Assembly (NCBI GenBank): GCA_013265495.1
Contig: MU061542.1
Coordinates: 278,972-342,971 of the forward strand
Origin: Vicugna vicugna
Taxonomy: Eukaryota
DNA: 64,000 bases
Direction: 5' to 3'
The translations under genes and the position numbers were made by a program. Of the stretch, positions 25,768-37,299 are shown piece after piece. The notes beneath the pieces are model-generated. The model had not been told where the DNA came from and made no database searches. It saw nothing but the letters and a program-made list of their open reading frames with translations. The stretch's first letter is position 1; each line of letters starts with the position of its first letter.

Positions 25768-28700
25768 ATGTCAGTAAACACCCATCTATCAATAATTACT
25801 GTAAATGTCAATGGACTAAATGCTCCAATCAAAAGACATAGAGTGGCAGACTGGATAATAAAATAAGAACCCATGATATACTGCATTCAAGAGACTCAAT
25901 TTAGGGAGACAGACACACATAGACTGAGAGTGAAAGGATGAAGAAAGATATTCCATGCAAATGGAAATGACAAGAAAGCACGAGTACCAATATTGATTTC
26001 AGACAAAATAGACTTTAAAAGAAAACCATAGGGAAAGATAAAGACATTATATAATGATTAAACTAGCAATACAAGATGAGGATATTACACTATTAACATA
26101 TATGTACCCAATTTAGGAGCACCAAAATACATAAAGCAAATATTAACAGATATAAAGGTAGAAATTGATGGGAACACAATCATAGTAGGAGAAGTTAACA
26201 CCCCATTAACATCACTGGACAGGACTCTCAGACAGAAAATTAATGAAGCAAAAGAGAAACTAAGTGATGCAATAAAACAGTTGAACTTGGTTGATATTTT
26301 CAGAACATTGCATCCCCCCAAAATAGAATATACATTCAAATGCACATGGAACATTTTCCAGGATAGATCATGTACTGTGGCACAAAAGAAGCCACAACAA
26401 TTTCAAGAATTTAGAAATTATCTCAAGTATTTTTTCTGACCACAGTGCCATGAAACTAGAAATCAACTACAGAAAAAGAAAAAAGAAAAAAAATGACAGC
26501 ATGGTGATTAAACATCATGCTACTAAAAAAACAATTGGTCAATGACAAAATCAAAGAAATTAAAAAAAAATACTTTGAGACAAATGACAGTGAAAACATA
26601 AGCACACAAAATACATGGGATGCAACAAAAGCAGTCCTAAGAGGGAATTTCATAGCAATAAAGCCTTCTTAAAGATGAACAATCTCAAATAGACAATCTA
26701 ACCTATCAGCTAAAAGAATTAGAGCTAGATGAGCAAACAAAAATAAAAGTCAGTAGAAGGAAGGAAATAATAAAGATTATGGAGGAAATAAATAAAATAG
26801 AGATTTAAAAAATTGAAAAAATCAATCAAACCAAGAACTGTTTTTTTAAAAGAGTGAACAAAATTGACAAACCTCAGGCCAAGCTCATAAAGATGAGAAA
26901 AGTGATAGCATAAATAATCAAAACAAGAAAGGAAAATGGAGAAATTATAACCAATACCACAGAAGTTACAAAATATCATATGAGAATACTATGAAAACAA
27001 AATGGATAACCCAGAAGAAATAGATGAGGTTCTGGAAACATGCAGTCCACCAAGACTGAATCAAGAAGAAACTGACCACTTGAACAAATCGATTACTAGA
27101 AATTAAACTGAATTAACAACTAAAAAAACCCCAAAACTCCCTACAAACAAAAGTCCAGGATTGGATGGCTTCATAGGGGAATTCTATCAAATATAGAAGG
27201 AAGAAGTCATACCTGTTATCAAACTCTTCCAGAAGCTTGAAAAGGAAAGAGTATTCCCAAACTCATTCTATAATGCCACCACCACCCTGATACCCAAACT
27301 GGACAAAGACACTACCAAAAAGGAAAATTAAGTACTAAAATCACTGATGAACATAGATGCAAAAATCCTCAACAAAATTTTAGCAAACAGAATCCAACAG
27401 CACACAAAACAGATCATATACCATGATGAAGTTAGGGTCATCCCAGGAACACAAGGATGGTTCAACATGTGTAAATCAATCAGTGTGCTACACCATATCC
27501 ACAAACGAAAGCACAAAAACCACATGATCATGTCAATAGATGCAGAAAAAGCACTTGATAAAATTCAACACCCATTAATGATAAAAAGCCTTACCAATAT
27601 GGGTATAGAGAGAACATATCACAACATAAAAAAGCTATTTATGGCAAACCTACAGCCAGCATAGTACTCAATGATGAAAAACTCAAAACCTTCCCACTAA
27701 AATCTGGGACAAGACAAGGTTGTCCACTCTCACAACTTCTATTCAGCATAGTTTGGGAAGTCCTAGCCACAGCAATCAGGCAAGAGAAAGAAATAAAAGG
27801 GATCAAAATTGGAAAAGATGAGTTAAAATTGTCACTATATACAGATGACATGATACTATATATAGAAAACCCTAAAAGTTACAAACAAAAACTACAAGAA
27901 CTAATAAATATTTCATCAAGTTAGCAGGGTACACAATTAATGCACAATAATCAGTTGCATTTCTTTACACTAATGATGAATCAACAGGAAAAGAATTTAA
28001 AGAAACAATCTCTTTTAAAATCACATCCAAAGTAATAAAATACCTAGGAATAGATCTAACCAAGGAGGTGAAATGCTTATACATGGAGAACTACAAAAGA
28101 TTGATTAAGGAAATTAAAGAAAAACATAAAGAAATGGAACTATATCCCCTATTCCAGAATTGGAAGAATAAATGTTGTTAAAATGGCTATGCTGCCTAAG
28201 AAAATCTACGGATTTGATGCAATCTCTATTAAATTATCTAGGACATTTTTCACAGAACTAGAACAAATCATATTAAAATTTATATGGAATCACTGTAGAC
28301 CTAGAATTGCCAAAACATTACTGAAGAAAAAGAAAGAGGCTGGAGGAATAATTCTCCCAGACTTCAGACAATACTCTAGAGCTACAGTAATCAAAATAGC
28401 ATGATATTGGTGCAAAAACAGACATATGGATCAATGGAACAAAATAGAGACTCCAGAAATGAATCCACAAAATTTTGGTCAATTAACCTTTGACAAAGGA
28501 GTCAAGAACATACAATGGAATGAAGGATGTCTCTTTAGCAAATGGTGTTGGGAAAATTGGAAAGCAGCATGTAAATCAATGAAGCTAGAACACTCCCTCA
28601 CCCCATACACAAAAATAAACTCAAATTGGCTTAAAGACTTAAACATAAGACAAGTCACAATAAATCTCCTAGAAGAATACATAGGCAAAACATTATCTCA

Positions 28701-29570
28701 CATATATCTGAGCAATGTCCTCCTAGGGAAGTCTATTCAAACAATAGAAATAAAAGCAAAAATAAACAAGTGGGACCTAATTAAACTTAGAAGGCTTTGC
28801 ACAGCAAAGGAAATCATAAGCAAAACAAAACAACAACCTATGGAATGGGAGAAAATGTTTGCAAAAGATGAGACTGACATGGGCTTAATTTCCAGAATAT
28901 ATTAACAGCTCATACGACTTAATAAGAAAACAAAACAAACCCAATCCACAAATGAGCAGAAGATCTAAACAAGCAATTCTCCCATGAAGACTTTCAAATG
29001 ACAAATAGGCACGTGAAAAAAATGCTTAATATCACTAATTATCAGAGAAATGCAAATCAAACTACAATGAGGTATCACCTCACACCAGTCAGAGTGGCCA
29101 TCATTCAAAAGTCCACAAACAATAAATAATAGAGAAAGTGTGGGAAAAAGGCAACCTTCCAACATTGTTGGTGGGAATGCAGTTTGGTGCAGCCACTGTG
29201 GAAAACAGTATGGACAGTCTTCAAAAGACTAAACAGACTTACTATCTCATCTAGCAATCCCACTCCTGAGCATATATTCAGAGGGAACCTTAATTCAAAG
29301 ACATCTGCACCCCAATGTTCATAGCAGCACTATTTACAATAGCTGAGACATGGAAACATTCTAAATGTCCATTGACAGATGACTGGATAAAGAAGTTGTG
29401 ATATATTTATCCAATGGAATACTACTCAGTAATAAAAATTAATAAAGTAGTGTCTTTTGCAGCTACATGGATGGCCCTGGATAATGTCATTCTAAGTGAA
29501 ATAAGCCAGAAGGAGAAAGAAAAATACCATATAATATCACTCATATTTGGAATATTAAAAAAAAGACAAA
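25768..29570 (+). pseudogene. L1 ORF2p (endonuclease, RT, Cys-rich), disrupted
   Basis: [69 protein letters not shown] and KWCWENW are present, with many stops and frameshifts. Confidence 0.93.
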
Positions 29571-30199
29571 TGAACTTATATATAAAACAGAAACAGACTC
29601 ACAGTCATAGAAAACAAACTATGATTATCATTGGGAAGTGGGTGGGAAGGGATAAACTGGGAGTTCAAGATTTGCAGATACTGATTGGCATATATAAAAT
29701 AGATAAACAAGTTTATACTGTACAGCACAGGGAACTGTATTTGATATCTCGTAGTAGCTTATGGTGGAAAAATATGAAAATGAATATATGTATATTCATG
29801 TATGACTGAAGCAATATGCTGTATACCAGAAACTGACACAACATTGCAAACTGACTATACTTCAATAAAGAAAGGAAAGAAAAAGAAGCATTCTGGCACA
29901 GCCAATTTAAAAAAGCATATATGATCAAATAATCAGACAATTTGTGGACTAATTAATTTTGATTTGATTGTATTTGATAAAAATGAGGGTAATTTTAGAG
30001 AGAAAGCGATCATGTTTCAGTGAATATTGCATCTTAGCTTTGTTAATGGAGGATTGTATTTACAGCCTAAGACTCACTTCCCAGATAGTTCCTTGCTATT
30101 TTTTTTATTTATTATAAAGTTCAATTGAATTATTTAAAGGATATTCTAAGTTTGTTTCTGAAGCTTATCTCACAAATCTATTTTTGGATAAAGATCTGA

Positions 30200-31250
30200 T
30201 ACCCCATGACCTGCAACCAGGAGATTATGCATCCAAGAAAAGACACAATTTAAGAAGTATCTCCAACCTAGATGGAAGAAACTTTGTCAGATATTCTTAA
30301 GTAGCTCATACAGTGAAACTTAAGGGAATTGAATCTTCGGTTAACATTCCCTTTTACAAAGTGCCTCTGCACTGGACTGGCCCATAGAGAGGGCTGCTGA
30401 CTTCAAAATCACCCAAAAACAATGCTCAAACAAAGGAGAAGCTACCAGATTAAGATGAGAAGAAGACAACATCTGAGATAGACAGCTGACCCAAGATACC
30501 AGGCCAGGCCTATACCAATTATTTTGATAATTGCTCACAACTTCACTTATGAACTAAACGTATTTCACAATCTTATGTAGAGTTAAAATTAATCCAATTG
30601 TTAGGCTTATGGTCAATTATATATATCCAGTACTTTTGGGTTACTGAGGGTTGTTGAGGTTCCCCATTCCAAGGCTTTAACTAGATAACCCTTAGACAAT
30701 TTACTCTAAAACAAAGAAATTATAGTTTTATTTAGGCCACTACTAATATTACTAGGTGGGTCCCCTCACCTAACTATTTAATAATACCTGATCTGAGCCT
30801 GGCCATACATATGAATTTTCTTATAAGAATACTCAAGCTCAATCAAGGCAACAAGTAAAATTTCAGACAAAGAAAATAACCTCCCTCAATTATGGGAAGG
30901 GCCTATATGGTTAACACCAGGCTATGGTCATTTAAATTTAAATTAAGTTTATTTTGGAAAAAAAATTAAACTATACTAAGGATAATCAACCTAATAATAC
31001 TAGGAAATTTGGCTGGATGCCTTATGAACAATGCCTGTGTAACATCTTCCTTAATGGTAAGGATCAGTACAAAACAGACTAAGTCAGATGACCTGGGGAT
31101 ACACTGGGCCACAACTAATGGAAGTTCTTGACTAAAATTCTTACTTATGACCTAATATTGTAAACCATATTATTTGCATTTTTCCTGTTTTACAAAATTG
31201 TTGCTTCTTACATTACCAAATGTGTGACTGAGCCTCTGATAAAATAATGA
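30200..31250 (+). pseudogene. Class I ERV integrase C-terminus and env SU remnants
   Basis: HDLQPGDY...YLQPRWK..CQIFLS...KLKGIES (integrase GPY/F module) is at ~30206-30340. SNC*AYGQL (decayed CWxC) is at ~30594 and WATTNGS at ~31107. No TM immunosuppressive domain was seen. Confidence 0.62.
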
Positions 31251-31565
31251 CTAGGAGACTTGAAGCAGTGGATCAGGTATATTCAATATGAGACCAATGA
31301 TTGTAATAGTGTAACTCCAGATATGGGAAGAAGCAATAAGAGGGAATATTTTCCTTGACCATAACACACTGGTGTTCCTCAAAAGACAGGTGGTCCAGAG
31401 AATTTTTCCTTCTGTTAATAAAGCCTAGTCCCATAATAGCTCATTGAGTGGCCTATCAATGAAATCATCACCTGACCTAGGAATAAGCATTCCTAGCACT
31501 GTGGGAAAACATGGTCATGAAATGCTTCCCAAACTATCATCAAATTTATAACTATGAAGGGGCCC

Positions 31566-32062
31566 TGCTAACTAAAATTTGGCATTTCCCTCTGCAAGAC
31601 TGGACCATGATGGCCCTTGCCATCTAACTGTGCTTGGATTAAATCATGAGCCACTGCAGCTGTTGACCAACAGCACATCCTGCAAGGAATTCAGGATGGA
31701 TATAGGGAATCAGACATTCCGTGCTCTGGGAAATCTGGCTGAACAGGTCTTTGGTAGGTTAGATATTTTCAGGAAAAGAGTTTATGAGCCCAGTTTCTTG
31801 CATCTCCTCATATCTAGAAAAGCAATAAAATTATTAACAGTGACATCTTCTACTTGTGACTAGCAGCAAGCCTCTACCTAAACATGTACTTGACTGTATT
31901 TACCCATCTTCAGTAAAATCATATATAATACTGAGTTTTCCTCCTGCTTCCTTGGAACATTTTCTTAGAACTGAGATGCTGTCTCCCAGGCTACAGTCTT
32001 CATTTTGTTGCCAATAAAACTTAACCCACAACTCTCATGTTGTTTGATTTTAATTCAGTTGA
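31566..32062 (+). repeat. 3' LTR of class I provirus
   Basis: Direct repeat of 16614-17119, preceded by the purine run 'gaagggg'. The terminal CA is missing. Confidence 0.9.
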
Positions 32063-32462
32063 GTTTACTAGCTCTATCAACTGAAATTGGGCCTAGGATC
32101 ATAGGCAACCCAGTATCAATATACTTTCAGTTATTATTTTTAACTCATATAATATTACAAAATTACCCTTAAGTTTTTCTGGAGCCACATTTAGTTTTTA
32201 CTTCAAATTGTGGCTTTGGGCATTATCAATTAAATTATACTATTTTTAAATCTTTAAAACATCTTGATCATATTTAAGTTATTTGGATTAATAACACAGT
32301 CATTAAACTGATTAATTTTGTCTCAGTGTAAACTATATTTAGAATTTAGAAGAACTTCAGCAGACAGCATTTCTCTTGATATGTTCATAATAAAAATTAT
32401 AGAAATGAGTCCTGTTCAAGTTTCTCATCATTCCATTTGTAGTGGGAAAAAACTCTCAATAT

Positions 32463-33180
32463 TGAGTCTGTTTCTGTTTTGTATTTATGTTCTTTTTTTT
32501 CTGATTCCATATATAAGTGATCTCATATGGTATTTTTCTTTCTCTTTCTGGCTTACTTCACTTAGAATGAAATTCTCCAGGAACATCCATGTTGCTGCAA
32601 ATGGTGTTAAGTTGTCATCTTTTATGGCTGTAACAAACAAAGGCTTGATGTCCAGAATGTATAAGCAGCTTATATGACATAAGAAAAAAACAAACAACTC
32701 AATCCAAAAATGGGCAGAAGACCTGAACAAGCAATTCTCCAAGGAAGAAATACAAATGATCAATAGGTACATGAAAAAATGCTCAATATCACTAATTATC
32801 AATGAAATGCAAATCAAAACTGTGATGAGGTATCACCTCACACGAGTCAGCATAGACATCTTTCAAAAGTCCACAAATGACAAATGCTGGATAGGCTGTA
32901 GAGAAAAGGGAACCCTTTTACACTTCTGGTGGGAATGCAGTTTGGTGCAGACACTGTGGAAAACAATATGGAGATTCCTCAAAAGACTAGGAATAAATAT
33001 GAACCAGAAATCCCACTCCTGGACGTATATCCAGAAGGAACTCTACTTCACAAAAAAAACCTGCACCCCAATGTTCATAGCAGCACTATTGACAATAGCC
33101 AAGACATGGAAACAGCCTAAATATCCATCAACAGATGACTGGTTAAAGAAGATGTGGTATATTTATACAATGGAATACTA
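32463..33180. mobile_element. L1 fragment with internal inversion (minus 32463-32630, plus 32631-33180)
   Basis: The two pieces are adjacent in the L1 consensus but lie in opposite orientation. Confidence 0.88.
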
Positions 33181-33225
33181 AAAGTATATTTTTATATTGT
33201 ATATAAATTACTATTTATCATTGTG

Positions 33226-33226
<1 letters not shown>

Positions 33227-33264
<38 letters not shown>
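33227..33264 (+). repeat. (TA)n microsatellite
   Basis: Direct reading of the sequence. Confidence 0.95.
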
Positions 33265-33267
<3 letters not shown>

Positions 33268-34418
33268 TCTAAAATAATTCCTACATAATTTTAGTTAATT
33301 ATTGTTTTTGGTTTACTATTTAAGTTTCATTTACTAAATGATTTAGTCTATATCATTATAATAAAAGAATAAATGAACTAAATTATTGCTATGAATGATT
33401 AATACTATTTAATATTCAATACAATCAAAGAAATTGTATCAAAGAAGAAGAAATTAAACTATGTGGGACAAAAATGAAGATTTGTTCTGAAAAATTATTT
33501 TTGGTTCTATTATTATGATAGACATGATGACCATAATAAACATGATAAGATAAATGATGGATGCAAACTGATAAGCTAAGAACTAGATAGGAAAGGAAGT
33601 TTTGAATATTTGAGGAGACAAGAGAGTTTTAAAATAATCACCCAGGAGAAGGGGAGTGATTGAACTCTGCAGACATATTTTAATTATTTAACAAGATTAA
33701 AGGTGTGTTTGAGGTTCAAGCCATCAAGTATAATTTTTTCTGTAGTGTACTTTAGTCAAATACTACTACAAAGAATTTAAGGAGAATTATATTTCACCAA
33801 AGAAATGGTTTTACTAAGTAGGAAAAGTGGAGAAAGTCAAGACTTTGGTAGGGGAAGAGGAGAATGGAGGGAGAGGATATAAAGCCATGAGGGAAAGTTG
33901 AAGCCATTGGGGTAGAAAGATTGATCATATTGGTATGGTTCAAGGGCTCATAAATCCAAGTGTTTTAGGAATCACCTGGAAAGGCACAACATAGTGGTCA
34001 GAGTTAAGGATGAATCTAGTACATATTTCAATCCATGTATGTAAAACTCAAGGAAATTGAAAAATTGCTTACTTATATATCTGCTATTCTTATGCTCTAT
34101 ATACTATGTAATTTCCTAATAACTTAAAACACTATCTTTTCAAATATTTTATCCCTAAGAGCCTCAATCAAATTATAACTGAGGCATAATAAACAATTAA
34201 ATAAATTTTATATGTAAATGATCTATATGTACATATGTATATATGTACAGGCATCTATCTGGGCCTATATTTCTTTGCTCAAGAGATCTGGTTAGAAATC
34301 CCATGTTGATTTTCATGCTGCTTTCTGTGCTCTAATATAGTCCTTCATCTCTGAAGTTGTATGTTCTGTGCCAGCATATATGAAATCATGGCAGGCTAAT
34401 TTGTTAGCTAGCAAGTAC

Positions 34419-34835
34419 TGTAAAATCTCAGACTCTTGACATTTTTGACAGTTTTGGTGTGAAGAATAGGATGCTCACAGAGACATAATGCTTTGAAGAA
34501 GAATAATGAGGGTCTGTTAGGTATTTTATAGGACCCGGGGTCCCTGAAATTCAGTAGTGAGCATGTACACCAATTTCATGGACAATTGGCAATAAGAGGT
34601 CCAGCTTTTTGTTGACTTTTATTGAGGTGGAATTGGAGCAATGACTACTGATTCAGTACTAGAAAATGGTTCAAATACCAAATGGTGTACTTGTTGTTAA
34701 TGCTTGTCTTAGCAGTGGCACTTTCTTACCGTCTGGCTTTCAACTCAGGTGTTCCCCATTATAAATACTAGTACTAAGATATATCCTCAGTGGACATAAG
34801 TTTTTGGCCTAGTCTCTTCCCCTTTCCATCTGACA
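34419..34835. mobile_element. Possible solo LTR
   Basis: A ~415 bp block bounded by TG...CA with internal 'ttttattg' and higher GC than its flanks. No clean TSD was found. Confidence 0.3.
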
Positions 34836-35464
34836 AAACTTACAGAGGTGTAACAAAATTAAAAGAAGAAATTCATGACTGTTACAGATTGAAAATCAGA
34901 GTACATTTAAAACTTTGGATCATTGAGAGATAAAGAAGCAGAATGCATAATACTTGTAAAGGAAGTATTATGGGCCTCCTGTAACCTCTTGTGATAATTT
35001 TAGATTTATTCAGATAAAACAAGAAAATGCCTTAGAGTTATTGGCATTGAGCATGGACTACAATAAGACATATTTGTCACTACTGAGGAAATATCCCTGA
35101 GATATCCAAACTCCCATGTGAAACCAAAGATAAGTTATTAAATAGTATTTTGAAATTTATTGCCTCTGGATTGGGTTTAAAATTCCAATGAAGTGAACCT
35201 ACTGGGGAATAAAAAAAAACAACTACATAAATTCTTACAATCAAGCACTTTTGTGTTTAAAAACTGTTCAGAAATATAAAGATACTATTATGATAGCGAG
35301 ACATAGCAACCTGGATAAAGATGGAACTTTTCTTAAAAAAAGGCACTACTGTGTGACTTAAACTCTAGTAAGCCAAAATACAAACTGTGCAGTTCCTATA
35401 TAATGGTAAAGTAATGTGGCTGTGATTAATGAGCTAAGGGATCCTCAAAGCCAAAATTGATGGC

Positions 35465-35782
35465 TGTATTACAAGTGCTCAAGACCTGGCAGGTTCACTC
35501 ATGATTTGGGCATACTGTAGGTATATCTGACATGCCTTTACTGTGGAGGAGTAGACAAGAGATAATGGTGGTGGCAGCAGAAAATCCTGTCCATCTTATA
35601 TATCAAGGCAAACAAAGCCGGCATCTAGCTGACTATTACCTAAGAGCTAACAAGTGCACTTGTGTAGTGCAAATCATGCTTATATAACACTACATGGGTA
35701 CTATGCATATGGGATAACATAGCTGAGTCACTGGGCACTGGATGTCTAATGAGGAAGCCTGAGTGACTCCATTTTCCCTACA
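35465..35782 (-). repeat. 3' LTR of class III provirus (318 bp)
   Basis: It reads 'tgtattacaag'...'ttccctaca' and is a direct repeat of 42146-42482. Confidence 0.95.
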
Positions 35783-35789
35783 CCCCATC

Positions 35790-36990
35790 CCTTCAGGGTT
35801 ACTCGTTTTACAATCTCTGCAGTGTCTTCTGAGAAAAGTGGATCCTTGCATCCATAAACCACAACAGCAATAGAGATGGCAACAGCAGGCCACTAATATA
35901 AAAGCAGATCCCCCCAAGATTGGCTATTATCAAGTGCCATTTAGAGGTCAGTGATACCCACGATTCTTACAGGTGTTCTCTGGTCAGGAGTTCAATAGCT
36001 GTTGTCTCTTTCCCCAATGCCATCAGAGCCTGACTAAAATTATGGTAAGCATCTGGAAAATAAGCACAGTAGTCAGATCCTACAAAGGCACACACCTCAC
36101 CCTCTGGGCTGCCAAAATATCAAGTGCCAAATGGTTTTCCAAAGCTAGCTTTCACAGCTGATATACCTGATCGTTAAGAATGCCCAGAGTGTTATGGATA
36201 TCATTGAATGCCCTGGCCATGTGCACAGCTAAAGCAGTGATCTCTGTTTCTGTCACTATGGTGGCTACAAGGGGGAAAAGGGGCTAAGGAGTAATACCAC
36301 CAAGGGGTATGTACTCTGTGGCATGCCCTAAATGTTCCCCAATTAATTGGGCATGTTTGCAAAGTTACAGTACCTAGGCAGAGAGAAAGGGCCATTCCCA
36401 TGTACATTATTGGCTGGCCCAGTTGTGGGAGAGATACAGAAAGTCATATTGCCAACAGACCTAAAGTCTCCCATAAGGGTCAGGTCAGGCTAAGACACCA
36501 CTCCTCTTTCCCCATTTCTTCTTTTTAACTTGAGTGACATTATTGCATAGGCCAGATGGGATCCATCCTGCATGGGCCCTTCCTTTTAAACTCTCAGTGC
36601 AGAGGGGAATGGGTGCAAGAGACTCTAATATTTCAGCTGTCAACCAGCTGAGACCATCCCATATGGAATATCCCATCCAGGGGCAAGAGTGATTCATATG
36701 ATCTCTCACCCCAGCAAGTATCTTTTCCTTGGTTAAGCTTCATTGTGGTTTAGTGCTATTCCACATTCTTAACCAGGTCCAATTAGCCTCAGTGGTTACT
36801 TTAATTTTCCATGAGAGCCCATTGAGGCACTAACAGGCAACTCAATGCAGATTCAGCAAGTAAATTGATTAACAAGTGTCATGTAAGTGTGAGCCCAATC
36901 AACTAGGGTGTTCATTCAAACAAACCTAAGGGTGAAAAGAGAGGGATGTTGGAGGTACAAGCAGTGGCATGTCCTATGCCTCAGGCGAGA
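35790..36990 (-). pseudogene. env: Gamma-type retroviral env, disrupted
   Basis: Minus-strand translation gives NTLVDWAHTY and TC*ICIELP (CWIC, ~36850) in SU. TM reads AFNDIHNTLGILNDQVYQL*KLALENHLALDILAAQ / GEVCAFVGSDYCAYFPD (ISD plus decayed CX6CC, ~36050-36210), followed by a hydrophobic, Cys-rich tail. Confidence 0.85.
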
Positions 36991-37299
36991 TATGTGCCAA
37001 TGTCTTGTCAGCTGATAACACAGTGGCTGGGAGCAACAGCCTTCCTGGAAAGGCACACCACTCACTTAGCCAAAAGAGAGGCTTTTGCAGGTTCAATATG
37101 CAACAACAGAGGAGAACCCATAATAGGCTACACGGTGAACACAAAATTCCCTTTTAGTATAGTGGCTCAGTTTGCAACCCCTGGGTGGGTTACCTGTGCC
37201 CTGGGAGATCACTGTCCTGTAACCCACAGGGTTACTTGTAAACTAGCTTCTAGTTCAGGCCCCCATTGTGCTCTAAGGGCTACCCATGCATGTAGGGGG

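Larger units (their letters stand above)
22621..29884 (+). mobile_element. Full-length LINE-1, inactive, nested in the class I ERV
   Basis: The 5' end has the YY1-type CAAGATGGC, followed by a ~1.85 kb 5' UTR, ORF1, ORF2, 3' UTR, AATAAA and an A-rich tail. A degenerate TSD reads gaaaagttctgg / gaagcattctgg. Confidence 0.95.
16614..32062 (+). mobile_element. Degenerate class I (ERV1, MER4-group-like) endogenous retrovirus provirus
   Basis: It has paired LTRs, a PBS, and gag, pro, partial RT, integrase C-terminus and env SU remnants in order. It also has a long AT-rich non-coding interior (~20250-22620) and two nested L1 insertions. Confidence 0.9.

Noticed and set aside
35790..36990. env as a functional syncytin-like gene
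   Set aside because: In-frame stops in CWIC and before the ISD, a frameshift, and a lost cysteine in CX6CC make this copy non-functional.
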